NCBI GenBank assembly: GCA_963668625.2
Contig: CAXXKA010000001.1
Location: 320,001-384,000 of the forward strand
Direction: 5' to 3'
Length of the DNA: 64,000 bases
Source: an uncultured candidate division Zixibacteria bacterium
GTDB lineage: Bacteria > Zixibacteria > MSB-5A5 > UBA10806 > 4484-95
Shown here: one piece after another, positions 9,084-19,309 of the stretch
How positions within the stretch are numbered: the first letter of the stretch is position 1
Layout: each line of letters begins with the position of its first letter
The notes under the pieces: model-generated
The model's input: the letters and a program-made list of their open reading frames with translations, nothing else
Told to the model about the DNA's origin: nothing
The model's database searches: none
Position numbers and translations under genes: made by a program

Positions 9084-9811
9084 ACGATTTACGCCAGATA
9101 TTTCCGGGGCTTTTCACGATGGGCAACCTCTTCTGCGGTTTCGCCTCGATTCTATCGAGCGCTCGCGGGGGGAATCCCACCGAGGCCGCCTGGCTGATCA
9201 TTCTCGCCGCGTTTTTCGACTACCTCGACGGCATAGTTGCTCGTTTGTCGAAAGGCGCCTCGCAATTCGGGGTTGAGCTCGATTCTATGGCGGATGTGGT
9301 GTCGTTCGGAGTCGCGCCTGCCGTCATGCTAATATCATTCGAGATGGTCGAGTTCGGTAGATGGGACTGGGTTATCGGTTTCGCATTCGTAATGACCGGA
9401 GTATATCGTCTGGCGCGTTTTAATATTCATGCGGATATCGAGACGAAATCCGATTTTATCGGCTTGCCAATACCGGTTGCCGCCTGCGCGCTGGCCTCAT
9501 TCGTCATATTCAGTCAGCATATATGGGGTGAAATCAGGCTTGATCGAATGCTGGCGGTTATGGTAATTTTAACCTCGGCGTTGATGGTATCACCGATTCG
9601 ATACGAGACCGTTCCGTTATTCGATTTCACCGCCAAGAAGTACAAGATAAAAATACTGCTTTTGATAGTGGCCGTTATTCTGGTTGCATTCAAAACCAGG
9701 TTAATGATGTTTCCGTTGATTGCGCTGTACGTGCTATCGGGCATTTATAGATTGATAGTAACGTTGTTCAGCAAGATCTCCGAGGAGAAAGAAAAGAAAA
9801 ACGAGGTTTAA
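9080..9811 (+). CDS. pssA: CDP-diacylglycerol--serine O-phosphatidyltransferase
   Basis: CDP-alcohol motif 'DYLDGIVAR...GVELDSMADVVSFGVAP', 'RLARFN'; follows psd. Confidence 0.94.
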   Translation: MNDLRQIFPGLFTMGNLFCGFASILSSARGGNPTEAAWLIILAAFFDYLDGIVARLSKGASQFGVELDSMADVVSFGVAPAVMLISFEMVEFGRWDWVIGFAFVMTGVYRLARFNIHADIETKSDFIGLPIPVAACALASFVIFSQHIWGEIRLDRMLAVMVILTSALMVSPIRYETVPLFDFTAKKYKIKILLLIVAVILVAFKTRLMMFPLIALYVLSGIYRLIVTLFSKISEEKEKKNEV

Positions 9812-10060
9812 ATGCCGCAGTATAAGGTTAGAATAGAGGTAAAATTCAAACCGGGCGTATTGGACCCGCAGGGCGTGACTATCAAAAATGCCCTTCACAA
9901 TCTCGACTATACCGGTGTGGAATCGGTAAGCACCGGCAAAGTATTTAGGGTTACGCTGGAGGCTCAGTCACGAAAACAGGCGATTGCCACGGCCGAGGAG
10001 TTGGCCGATAAGCTATTAGCCAACACGGTTATCGAACAATACTCCGCGGAGATCGAGTAA
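9812..10060 (+). CDS. purS: FGAM synthase subunit PurS
   Basis: 'KPGVLDPQG', '[10 protein letters not shown]'. Confidence 0.96.
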   Translation: MPQYKVRIEVKFKPGVLDPQGVTIKNALHNLDYTGVESVSTGKVFRVTLEAQSRKQAIATAEELADKLLANTVIEQYSAEIE

Positions 10061-10761
10061 TGAAATTCGGAGTGGTGATTTTCCCCGGTTCCAACTGCGA
10101 TTATGATGCTTATCACGCGATAAAAACCACCGGTATCGGTGAGGTGAAATATCTCTGGCACGGCGAAAGCTCGGTTGGCGACTGCGACGCGATAATTTTG
10201 CCGGGTGGTTTTTCTTACGGTGACTACCTGCGTTCCGGTGCGATTGCCAGGTTCTCGCCGATCATGAAAGCGGTGATTGGTTTTGCGAATAAAGGTGGCT
10301 ATGTAATAGGTATCTGCAATGGATTCCAGATTCTACTCGAGGCCGGTCTTCTGCCGGGAGCCATGCGCAAGAACCTGAATATGCGTTTCGTTTGCAGGGA
10401 TGTTTATCTCAAGCCACTAAACACCAATTCACGGTTTACCCGTTCGTGCTCCGGTGAAAAAATATTAAAAATCCCGATTGCCCATGCTGAAGGTAACTAT
10501 TTTGTCGATAATGATACATTAAGAGAGCTTTATGAAACAAATCGGGTCGTGTTCAAGTATTGTGATAAGAACGGCAATATTTCCGATGAGGCAAATCCCA
10601 ATGGATCGCTTGACAATATAGCCGGTATCCTTAACAAAGAGGGTAACGTGATGGGCATGATGCCGCATCCGGAACGCGCTTGTGAGATAGTTTTAGGCTC
10701 CGAGGATGGCAGATGTATATTCGAATCGTTAGTTGGGAGTATGGTTTATGAAACGACGTGA
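10060..10761 (+). CDS. purQ: FGAM synthase glutaminase subunit PurQ
   Basis: 'FPGSNCD', '[11 protein letters not shown]', 'GICNGFQ', 'MMPHPER'. Confidence 0.98.
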   Translation: MKFGVVIFPGSNCDYDAYHAIKTTGIGEVKYLWHGESSVGDCDAIILPGGFSYGDYLRSGAIARFSPIMKAVIGFANKGGYVIGICNGFQILLEAGLLPGAMRKNLNMRFVCRDVYLKPLNTNSRFTRSCSGEKILKIPIAHAEGNYFVDNDTLRELYETNRVVFKYCDKNGNISDEANPNGSLDNIAGILNKEGNVMGMMPHPERACEIVLGSEDGRCIFESLVGSMVYETT

Positions 10762-11014
10762 GGTGATATTTTTAACGGTAGCACTGATACTTGGGGCAGT
10801 AGTGGGAGGTTTGCTGGGTGAGATGATCGGCTCGTTTTTACCCGAGGGCGCGGTCAAAACCCTGTTTACCCAATCGATAGACATAGGATTTAAAACACTT
10901 ACCGCCGAATTTTACGCATTATCGTTCACGCTTGGCTTGATGGTGAAAATTAATTTCGTTTCGGTATTGCTTATTATATTCGTTATTGTATATTTCAGAT
11001 GGTGGTATATTTAA
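10748..11014 (+). CDS. Small membrane protein, DUF4321-like
   Basis: '[13 protein letters not shown]...[10 protein letters not shown]' two-TM pattern. Confidence 0.7.
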   Translation: MKRREVIFLTVALILGAVVGGLLGEMIGSFLPEGAVKTLFTQSIDIGFKTLTAEFYALSFTLGLMVKINFVSVLLIIFVIVYFRWWYI

Positions 11015-11029
11015 AGTCAAGAGGTGACT

Positions 11030-11296
11030 ATGACAATATTTCCGTTAATATTCGGTTCTCTGGGCGCTCCTGAAATATTATTGATATTCTTACTGGTATT
11101 GATACTATTCGGCGCCAGAAGAATCCCCGAAATAGCCCAGGGGCTGGGTAAGGGAATTCGCGAGTTCAAGAAATCGATGAGCGAGGTGAAAGAGGAAATC
11201 GAACGCCCCGCGCAGGAGATCGAAAAGTCGATTAAAGAAGAACCGAAAGCCGAAGTAAAACCAGAATCAAAACCGGATGAGAACAAGAATGGCTGA
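11030..11296 (+). CDS. tatA: Twin-arginine translocase TatA/E subunit
   Basis: 'LFGARRIPEIAQGLGKGIREFKK'; start could be GTG 11024. Confidence 0.93.
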   Translation: MTIFPLIFGSLGAPEILLIFLLVLILFGARRIPEIAQGLGKGIREFKKSMSEVKEEIERPAQEIEKSIKEEPKAEVKPESKPDENKNG

Positions 11297-11759
11297 CTCT
11301 AACCAGAATGAAGATATTCGCCCGGTCTTTAGCGATGACGATATCAACGCTATTGCCAAAGTGCTGAATAACGCCCATGTCTCCAAACTCCAGGATCACT
11401 GGCGAATCAAGGTGGTTAACGAGGAGGAGAATCGTCATATCGCGATTGATATCTATCCCCGAGCCAGTTTATCCGAGAAGAAAGAGGGCGCCCTGGTAGC
11501 GGTTTATGCCTGCTCGAGCCATTTACAACTTCATGAATGCCAGGGATTCGTGATTTCCGAGGAACTCGGCGAGGTTACATTCATTAGTGATTCCGGCGAC
11601 AAGTTAAGCGGCATCGTGGTCGAACGAGAGGCCGGCTGCTCGCTGTATGCCAACGCTGCCAAAGATCTGCTCTCGGATGATTTTACCAAACTTGGGGTGG
11701 AGGTGATGCTGTCGGGAGTAGCGTTGTCTCTGGCCGAGGGGCTTATCACCGATAGTTGA
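11289..11759 (+). CDS. Hypothetical protein, coupled to tatA
   Basis: Open 156 aa frame overlapping the tatA stop; no recognised motif. Confidence 0.65.
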   Translation: MADSNQNEDIRPVFSDDDINAIAKVLNNAHVSKLQDHWRIKVVNEEENRHIAIDIYPRASLSEKKEGALVAVYACSSHLQLHECQGFVISEELGEVTFISDSGDKLSGIVVEREAGCSLYANAAKDLLSDDFTKLGVEVMLSGVALSLAEGLITDS

Positions 11760-11810
11760 TTCTCACGATACCCAACATCTGATTTAAATTCGATATATAT
11801 ATTATAATTT

Positions 11811-12065
11811 CACCACTGTCCGGCCATTCCATCTCGTTGCGAAGCGCTGCTTCGCAACGTGGCTTGTTTGCCGGCAGAATGCTCATTCTACATGACACAA
11901 GAAGGTTTCCAGGCAGCGCTTGGAAACCAGGGAACTTAGCCTAACATCGACAGAATATATCAGGATGCATGATACGCTGAATATAATAATTATATCGGAA
12001 AACATCTTTCACTAACAATTCCAAGGAGAATTTGAAAATTTACTAAAAAACACCGGACACTAGTG
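11811..12065. mobile_element. MITE family A, full-length copy without visible TSD
   Basis: caccactgtccgg ... ccggacactagtg; colinear with 1119-1372. Confidence 0.85.
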
Positions 12066-12244
12066 ATCTCATCATTTTATTAATGATACGCTAAGATTAT
12101 TCTTGACGAGTTAGTCTGATTATATAATTTATCAAATGAGAGACGATTATAATATGCGATCTCAAATGATTCGCTTATTATCAATCCATTTTTAGTTGTT
12201 GAGCTTTAGCAATACCGCAATTTAATTTAATCAAGGATTGTAAC

Positions 12245-13345
12245 GTGAGCCTGACCGATCCCCATACCTCCACGAACCGGGAGGACTATAGCGAACTTGC
12301 AAGCGATGAGCTTCGCCGCCGAATAGAATCCCGCAAGCAAGAGCTGGGCGATAAGCTTATCATACTGACCCATCACTATCAGCGTAAAGAGATTATCGAT
12401 TTTCACGATCTGTTGGGCGATTCATTCGCGTTGGCAAAACTTGCCGCAAAACAGAGTAACGCCGGTCATGTGGTGTTCTGTGGGGTCAGATTCATGGCCG
12501 AGGCCGCCGATATTCTCACCTCCGATGATCAGGCGGTTTACCTGTCTCATCCGGGGGCAGGCTGCCCGATGGCTGATATGGCGCCAGACAATCAGGTTTT
12601 CACGGCCTGGAGATTTATCGAATCGGTGCTGGGTGAAAACGAGGTAATACCCCTGGTCTATATGAACTCTACCTCGGAGATGAAGGCATTTTGCGGAGAG
12701 CGTAATGGCCTGGTTTGTACCTCGGCCAATGCCGATCTGGCTTTCGAGCATTGCTTCAAGCAGGGCAGGAAACTGTTTTTCTTCCCGGATCAGCATCTGG
12801 GGAAAAACACCGCCAATAAACTTGATATCCCGGAAGAGCAGGTCGTCATCTACGATCCATATAAAATAAACGGTGGATTGACCCAGAAACAGGTTATAGA
12901 GGCCAGGGTGATACTCTGGTGTGGTAACTGCCCGGTACATGTCACGTTCACGCCTGAATATATCACTAAACTTCGCCTGGATCATCCCGGTATAAAAATC
13001 GTGGTACATCCCGAATGCCCTGAGGAGGTAGTGGCGCTGGCCGATTCCGTGGGCTCGACTTCGCATGTGGTCAAATATGTCGATTCGGCGCCGGCGGGTT
13101 CGCTAATCGCTATCGGCACCGAGTTGACCATGGTCAACAGGCTAAACGAGGCTTATCCAGATAAGGAGATATTCGGTATTACCGGACATGAATGTACGGT
13201 TTGCGCGGATATGAATAAAACAACTCTGGCGGATTTATGTTTCACCCTGGAGAATTTCGATTCGGCCGAACGCGTTCGAGTTTCTGGGGATATTGCCCAT
13301 AACGCAAAACTGGCGCTAGATAGAATGCTTGAGATAGGTAGCTAA
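12245..13345 (+). CDS. nadA: Quinolinate synthase
   Basis: 'HHYQR', 'FCGVRFMAE', 'AGCPMADM', 'CPVH', 'HPEC', 'CADM'. Confidence 0.97.
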   Translation: MSLTDPHTSTNREDYSELASDELRRRIESRKQELGDKLIILTHHYQRKEIIDFHDLLGDSFALAKLAAKQSNAGHVVFCGVRFMAEAADILTSDDQAVYLSHPGAGCPMADMAPDNQVFTAWRFIESVLGENEVIPLVYMNSTSEMKAFCGERNGLVCTSANADLAFEHCFKQGRKLFFFPDQHLGKNTANKLDIPEEQVVIYDPYKINGGLTQKQVIEARVILWCGNCPVHVTFTPEYITKLRLDHPGIKIVVHPECPEEVVALADSVGSTSHVVKYVDSAPAGSLIAIGTELTMVNRLNEAYPDKEIFGITGHECTVCADMNKTTLADLCFTLENFDSAERVRVSGDIAHNAKLALDRMLEIGS

Positions 13346-13381
13346 CAAGATTCACCGTCTCATATAGCTTATAAATACATT

Positions 13382-13521
13382 CACTACTGTCCGGCCTTTC
13401 CAGCTCGTTGCGAAGCGCTGCTTCGCAACGTGGATTGTTTACTTGCAGAATGCGCATTATACATGGCTCAAGAAGGTTTCCAAGCAGCGTTTGGAAAACC
13501 ACGGAACTAAGCCTGACATCG
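13382..13521. mobile_element. MITE family A, truncated copy
   Basis: Left TIR plus REP doublet; homology stops after gcctgacatcg. Confidence 0.8.
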
Positions 13522-13604
13522 GCGAGATATGTCTGGATGGAAGCGCAGCGACATCAGAAATCTTCATCCTACTTAGCTTATAGCGGTTTAATCTTTTCCA
13601 CGTG

Positions 13605-13639
13605 TGTCATCGCGAGGAGCCGAAGGCGATGCGGCAATC
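13605..13639. repeat. REP-like palindrome (TGTCATyGCGAG...GCAATC type)
   Basis: tgtcatcgcgaggagccgaaggcgatgcggcaatc between convergent genes. Confidence 0.5.
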
Positions 13640-13735
13640 AGTATGTTTATGGTACAGCCTCCGGTGATCATCCTTTTCAGGGATTTACGGATTTGATGCA
13701 GGAATAAAAACAGGCGATTTCAATACCTTATTTCA

Positions 13736-14152
13736 TTACAAACCGCAGCCGCAATTATTACACGGATCTATCTTTTTAACATCCAGATTAAGCTTAACAT
13801 CCGCCTCGAGTTCGATACCATTCGGGGTGTGATTGATCGAGTATATTCTCACCGGATTTCGAGTTTTATTTGACATCTCACCATACAACATCAAAAAACA
13901 AGTTTGCATTATAGTAAGATGTTTAATTGCCAGGAAACCCTCGGTAGAATTCTCAGGATTGAGCATATCCAGAAGCTTAGATTGTTCCAGATCGATAATC
14001 TGTCTTGCCGAAAATCCTTTTAGCTGATCCAACAGCATGCTTTTCTGGCCGATATTACCGCCGCAAGCACGTTTCGAGAAAGTATAATCCAGAAGTTTAT
14101 CATTGCCGTCTAGTTCGAGCCGTATAGTCTCGCTGATATCACCGCATGGCAT
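13736..14152 (-). CDS. Hypothetical Cys-rich protein with divergent IscU/NifU-N-like N-terminus
   Basis: 'PCGD..TIRLELD....LLDYTFSKRACG' and C-terminal 'CNNCGC'. Confidence 0.6.
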   Translation of the reverse strand: MPCGDISETIRLELDGNDKLLDYTFSKRACGGNIGQKSMLLDQLKGFSARQIIDLEQSKLLDMLNPENSTEGFLAIKHLTIMQTCFLMLYGEMSNKTRNPVRIYSINHTPNGIELEADVKLNLDVKKIDPCNNCGCGL

Positions 14153-14155
14153 GCG

Positions 14156-15283
14156 TTAAACTCCATCCACCAGTATGGCGCGTTTTTTAAGTTCCTCTAT
14201 GAATTTTCCAGCCGGAACACATTTCTCCTGCGGCATCACACCGGATTTGCCGATAACGCCCCGTGCCTGCATCTGGGATACTATTGCCGCGGGAAAGCCC
14301 GTAGTTCTCATCATGGCGGTGAGCGGGGGATTTTTTATTGCCTTGTCGATGATCGTAAGGGAATGGCTTTTACCTCCGCCCTCGAAAACGATACGCACCA
14401 GGGTGACATCATTTTCGCATAGCGGAATAGTTCTCTCTATCAATGTTGAGGCCAGTGTGCGCGGCTTGATGCTGCCATCGGGAGTATCTACCGTCTCGGA
14501 TGAAAAATATCCCAACTCGTACATCGCCCGGATAGCGGTAGCGTGGCCGGGATAGCGAATAGTTTTATAGTCTAGATTCTTCAGCGTGCCTTTGTATGTT
14601 TCCACCATCGTGGAAAGCCCGCCCGAGGTGGTAAACGCCTCTAATTTGCCGTACGGCTCGGGAAATTCCAGCTCCTCGATCTCCGAAAGCGGTTCAATCT
14701 CTTTTAATTCGCCGTCACGAAGCACGCGTACCGGTTCGATATACTCGTTGATCAATCCCTCGGTAGAGAACAGCCTGCCGTATTTCAATACGCCTTCAGG
14801 GTTTTGGGGAAGCCCTCCCACGCGCGCTTTGACAGTATCCACCCAGTCGAATTTCTCCAGCCCCCATTTGATCAACACGGCTATCATTCCCGGGGCCAGG
14901 CCGCAGTCGGGGATAATCGAGATGCCGGCTTTCTCGGCCTCGGCGTTTAGTTTCATTTGCTCATCGACTATGTCGTTGTTGCCACCTAAATCACACATAT
15001 GTGTTTTGGATGATATCGCCAGCTTGCTGAAATTGACATTGAAGCCGTAATGAATGGCCGCTACTGCGGCATCCACTTTCTTGAGAATGAACTCTACCTG
15101 GTCAGAATTGGTGGCATCGATAAGCTCGGTTAAAAGTTTGGGGTTATCTATCAGCCATGAGGCCTCCGATAACTTGTTCTGGCTGTTATCGGTTAGAATA
15201 ACCTCGGTCGTGTCATCCTGATTCAATATATCCCAGGCAATTGCTTTGCCCATTAAACCGGCGCCAAGCACTGCATATTTCAT
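14156..15283 (-). CDS. Saccharopine/lysine 6-dehydrogenase family oxidoreductase
   Basis: 'GAGLMG', 'DLGGN', 'DCGLAPG', 'EGLINEY', 'YKTIRYPGH', 'AMMRTTG'. Confidence 0.92.
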   Translation of the reverse strand: MKYAVLGAGLMGKAIAWDILNQDDTTEVILTDNSQNKLSEASWLIDNPKLLTELIDATNSDQVEFILKKVDAAVAAIHYGFNVNFSKLAISSKTHMCDLGGNNDIVDEQMKLNAEAEKAGISIIPDCGLAPGMIAVLIKWGLEKFDWVDTVKARVGGLPQNPEGVLKYGRLFSTEGLINEYIEPVRVLRDGELKEIEPLSEIEELEFPEPYGKLEAFTTSGGLSTMVETYKGTLKNLDYKTIRYPGHATAIRAMYELGYFSSETVDTPDGSIKPRTLASTLIERTIPLCENDVTLVRIVFEGGGKSHSLTIIDKAIKNPPLTAMMRTTGFPAAIVSQMQARGVIGKSGVMPQEKCVPAGKFIEELKKRAILVDGV

Positions 15284-15565
15284 AAGTCACCTCCAATTTG
15301 TAAGACAATGTATAACGGATGACTCCTTTAATCCAAATTAAAAATCAATTTTGTGAAGAAAATTGACTTTTACATATGATGTCTAAACCGGATATCTGGA
15401 TGGAATGTTCGCGGAATATTGTCATTGTTGATAAAATCGTAACATCGGTATCTTGCTGATACTACATTGCAAAGGTATTCAAACAATATGGTTTTTTCCC
15501 AGGTTTCTGCCACCCAAGCAAGATTTCCGCGATATGATGAGTATTATGCCATGATTTATTTTTAT

Positions 15566-15647
15566 CTGGTTTCCATGCGCCGGGAAAGGATGAACAGAGG
15601 ATTTCGTCAGCCCAGCGATGCGTGTAAACAGCTTTTTCAACAAATCC
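15566..15647. repeat. Repeat family B copy
   Basis: cgccgggaaaggatgaacagaggatttcgtcagcccagcg...tttttcaacaaatcc. Confidence 0.72.
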
Positions 15648-15682
15648 AGCGTTTCGCAACGCTCGTTTTTATTGTATTTCCC

Positions 15683-15714
15683 AAAAAGCAGGGGCGCTCG
15701 ATCGAACGCCCCTA
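15683..15714 (-). terminator. Intrinsic terminator after acnA
   Basis: aggggcg/cgcccct stem with T5 tract on the minus strand. Confidence 0.7.
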
Positions 15715-15743
15715 CGTAAAACATCAACTATTTGTATTAATCT

Positions 15744-18461
15744 CTATTTCTCTTTCAGGAAATTCTTCAGCACACGATGCAAAATGCCGCCGTTGCGATA
15801 AATATCCACCTCAACCGGTGTATCTATTCTGCAAATAGCATCGAATGTGCCCTCGGTGCCGTCCTCGCGAACATAATCGACCTGAATCGCCTGACCTGGT
15901 TTGACTTTATCGTCCACCTTAATCGAGAACGATTCGTTGCCGGTCAGCTTCAGCGCGGCCACGCTGTCGCCATCATTAAACTGAAGAGGTAACACACCCA
16001 TGAACACCAGATTCGATCTGTGTATGCGCTCGAACGATTCGGCGATTACCGCTTTTATCCCCAGGAGGTATGTGCCTTTAGCCGCCCAGTCACGGCTCGA
16101 ACCCATACCATAATCCTTGCCGCCCAGCACGATTGTAGGGATTTTTGCCTCTTTATAAAGCAGTGAGGCATCGTACACCGACATCACTTTGCCCGATGGT
16201 ATATGCGTTGTCCAGCCGCCCTCGGTACCGGGAGCCAGTTGGTTTTTCAAGCGGATATTAGCGAACGTACCTCGGGTCATCACCCGGTCGTTGCCGCGAC
16301 GGCTGCCGTAGGAGTTGAAATTCTTCGGTTCGACACCCAGCTCTATCAGGTATTTCCCAGCGGGAGAATCATGGCCGATAACACCGGCGGGGCTGATATG
16401 ATCGGTGGTAATAGTATCGCCTACTTTAAGAAGCACTTTGGCGTGATTGATAGGTGTAATCGGTTCGGTTTCCGTGCTCATATCCACGAAAAACGGCGGC
16501 TCCTGAATATAGGAGCTGTCCTCTTTCCAATCATACACCGCACCGCCCGATATCGGGATATCATTCCAGGTCTTATTCGATTGCTCGATACCATCATACG
16601 CGCGATGGAACGTCTCAGGATTTAACGCCTTGTCCATGTGCTCGGCTATCTCCGCCTGAGTCGGCCAGATATCTTTCAAGAACACATCGCCACCGCTCGA
16701 ATCCTTGCCGATAGGCTCGCTGTCAAAATCGATATCGACAGTACCGGCAATGGCGTATGCCACAACCAACGGGGGAGAGGTGAGATAGTTTGCTTTAGTA
16801 TGAGGGCTGACTCGTCCCTCGAAATTTCGGTTACCCGAAAGCACACCGGCGACAACCAGCTTGCCGGTGTTTATCGCCTCGACTACCGGTTCGGGCAGCG
16901 GCCCGCTATTGCCGATACAACTGGTACAGCCATAACCCACCAGGTAAAATCCGAGTTTCTCCAGCGAGGGGGTAAGCCCGGCATTTTTCAGGTAATCGGT
17001 TACGACTTTCGAGCCCGGCGCCAGACTGGTTTTGACGTATGGATCGACTGACAGGCCTTTTTCAGCAGCTTTCTTGGCAACGATACCCGCCGCTAAAAGC
17101 ACCGAGGGATTCGAGGTGTTAGTGCAGCTCGTTATCGCGGCTATCACCACGGAACCGTGTTCGAGCACGGCTTTCTTGCCCTCGAAACTGAATTCGGCTT
17201 TAGAACCCAGTTCATCATCTTTTAAAGCGTAGCCGAACTCCTGCGGTGGCGCCTGGAGAGATTTATGCCAGGTAGCTTTCATATCGCTTAACTCGATCCT
17301 GTCCTGTGGTCGTTTCGGTCCGGCTAAAGCGGGTTTGACATCAGCTAAATTCAAATTGAGTGTATCTTTAAAATCAGGATCGGGCGTATTCTCGGTTCTG
17401 AATAAACCCTGCTTTTTCAAATAGGTCTCGACTGTCCGGACATGTTCCTCGGAGCGGCCGGTCTTCCTCAGATATTCGAGCGTTCTATCATCAACCGGGA
17501 AGAATCCCATGGTCGCGCCGTATTCGGGGCCCATGTTGGCTACCGTGGCTCTATCGGCCAGTGTCAGGTTGGCTAAGCCCGGGCCGTAAAATTCTACGAA
17601 CTTGCCGACCACGCCTTTTTTGCGCAGCATCTGGGTGACCATCAGCACCAGGTCAGTCGCGGTCGCGCCCTCGGGCAACTCGCCCTCGAGCTTGAAACCG
17701 ATTACCTCCGGCATGAGCATATATGTCGGCTGATCGAGCATTACCGCCTCCGCCTCGATACCTCCGACGCCCCAACCGAGCACACCCAGTCCGTTGACCA
17801 TGGTAGTGTGCGAATCGGTACCAACGAGCGTATCGGGGAACAGGTAATTATCGTTGCCGACTTTCCATGGCATAACCACATGCGCCAGGTATTCCAGGTT
17901 CACCTGATGGCAAATACCGCTGGCCGGCGGGACAACCCGGAAATTCTCGAATGCCTGTTGACCCCAGCGCAAAAACTCGTAACGTTCGCGGTTGCGCTCG
18001 AACTCGATCCGGCTGTTCTCCTCGAGTGCGTTGGCGGCATTGTAAACATCTACCTGCACGCTGTGATCGATTACCAGGTCGACAGGTATGCGCGGATTAA
18101 TTTTCTGCGGATCGCCGCCCAGCCTGTGCATCGAACTCCTGAGCGCGGCTAAATCAACTACCGCCGGTACTCCGGTAAAATCCTGCAAAAGCACGCGCGC
18201 TGGCTTGAACGGTATCTCGGCTCTACCGGGATTTTTAGGGTCGTACTTGGCCAGCTTTAAAACATCAGCTTTAGTAATCGAAAAACCGTTCTCGTTACGC
18301 AAGAGATTTTCCAATAGTACCTTGATGGAAAAGGGGAATTTCGAAATGTCAGTTATGTTTTCATCAACCAGTTTTTGAAGGCTGAAATAGTACGCTTTAC
18401 CAGTAGCGGTTTCCAACTCGGTTTTTGCCCCGAATGAGTCTTTATATATTGAATCGACCAT
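15744..18461 (-). CDS. acnA: Aconitate hydratase A
   Basis: 'LQDFTGVP', 'GTDSHT', '[10 protein letters not shown]', '[10 protein letters not shown]', 'TTDHISPAG'; 905 aa. Confidence 0.98.
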   Translation of the reverse strand: MVDSIYKDSFGAKTELETATGKAYYFSLQKLVDENITDISKFPFSIKVLLENLLRNENGFSITKADVLKLAKYDPKNPGRAEIPFKPARVLLQDFTGVPAVVDLAALRSSMHRLGGDPQKINPRIPVDLVIDHSVQVDVYNAANALEENSRIEFERNRERYEFLRWGQQAFENFRVVPPASGICHQVNLEYLAHVVMPWKVGNDNYLFPDTLVGTDSHTTMVNGLGVLGWGVGGIEAEAVMLDQPTYMLMPEVIGFKLEGELPEGATATDLVLMVTQMLRKKGVVGKFVEFYGPGLANLTLADRATVANMGPEYGATMGFFPVDDRTLEYLRKTGRSEEHVRTVETYLKKQGLFRTENTPDPDFKDTLNLNLADVKPALAGPKRPQDRIELSDMKATWHKSLQAPPQEFGYALKDDELGSKAEFSFEGKKAVLEHGSVVIAAITSCTNTSNPSVLLAAGIVAKKAAEKGLSVDPYVKTSLAPGSKVVTDYLKNAGLTPSLEKLGFYLVGYGCTSCIGNSGPLPEPVVEAINTGKLVVAGVLSGNRNFEGRVSPHTKANYLTSPPLVVAYAIAGTVDIDFDSEPIGKDSSGGDVFLKDIWPTQAEIAEHMDKALNPETFHRAYDGIEQSNKTWNDIPISGGAVYDWKEDSSYIQEPPFFVDMSTETEPITPINHAKVLLKVGDTITTDHISPAGVIGHDSPAGKYLIELGVEPKNFNSYGSRRGNDRVMTRGTFANIRLKNQLAPGTEGGWTTHIPSGKVMSVYDASLLYKEAKIPTIVLGGKDYGMGSSRDWAAKGTYLLGIKAVIAESFERIHRSNLVFMGVLPLQFNDGDSVAALKLTGNESFSIKVDDKVKPGQAIQVDYVREDGTEGTFDAICRIDTPVEVDIYRNGGILHRVLKNFLKEK

Positions 18462-18517
18462 ACTCGCTCCTTGATAGTGGTGTAGGTTTTAATATATCAG
18501 TTGAACGAAAGAGAGGA

Positions 18518-19003
18518 TTACTTGTAGTCCTCCATAATCATCTTGATCTTTTTTACGTGACCCAGCTCGAATTTAGCCAGGTAATCGTACATCTCTTTAC
18601 CCTTCTCATCGTCGATTTTATTGGCGAGGTCGGTGTAAAGATTATAAGCGCGCTCCTCGAGAATCAAAGCGATTTCCAAAATCCGCATCGGAGTGGTGGT
18701 CTCGGAAACCTCCTCAAGAAGCTCGTCATGAACTTTCTCCATTTGTTCATCTATATCCGGCAAGCCCTCTTTACGCATGACATCCGTAACCGTATTCCAC
18801 ATCTCCGAACGGACAAGGTTATCGTATTGTCCCTCAAGAATGCGGTAATGGTCTTTTTCCTGACCTGCCAGGAGTTCGAGAGTTTCCCTGAGCTTCCCAT
18901 CCCTGGTAATTACCATGCTTCTCTTGTAAAATACGTAAGCCGCCAGCTCGGCCTGTATCCCTTTCGATAATCCATCCAAAACAGCTTTTTCTACGGGGCT
19001 CAT
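18518..19003 (-). CDS. Ferritin-like/rubrerythrin di-iron domain protein
   Basis: Two E...ExxH half-sites ('QEKDH', 'FELGH'); no rubredoxin domain. Confidence 0.85.
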   Translation of the reverse strand: MSPVEKAVLDGLSKGIQAELAAYVFYKRSMVITRDGKLRETLELLAGQEKDHYRILEGQYDNLVRSEMWNTVTDVMRKEGLPDIDEQMEKVHDELLEEVSETTTPMRILEIALILEERAYNLYTDLANKIDDEKGKEMYDYLAKFELGHVKKIKMIMEDYK

Positions 19004-19309
19004 TTTATCTCCTTATCTGAAATTAAACATTTTAGACTATCTAACTCCCTGAATTTAACATTACTTATAGTGGATGTCAATTGTTCCTTAAAGGATGTTG
19101 TTACCTATTTGATAAAATTATATTATAAATATGCTCCATCATTGACATTTAATGGAAACTAAAAACTTATAAATCTACGTATATATATTATGGAAAAGAA
19201 AAGTTTTCAATTGATGTTACGATATTTAGGCTATATTTTAAATTGATGCTAATTCTGGAATTCTCGATTCAATGAATATAAAAGTTTAATTCAAAAATAC
19301 GGAGGTTTA

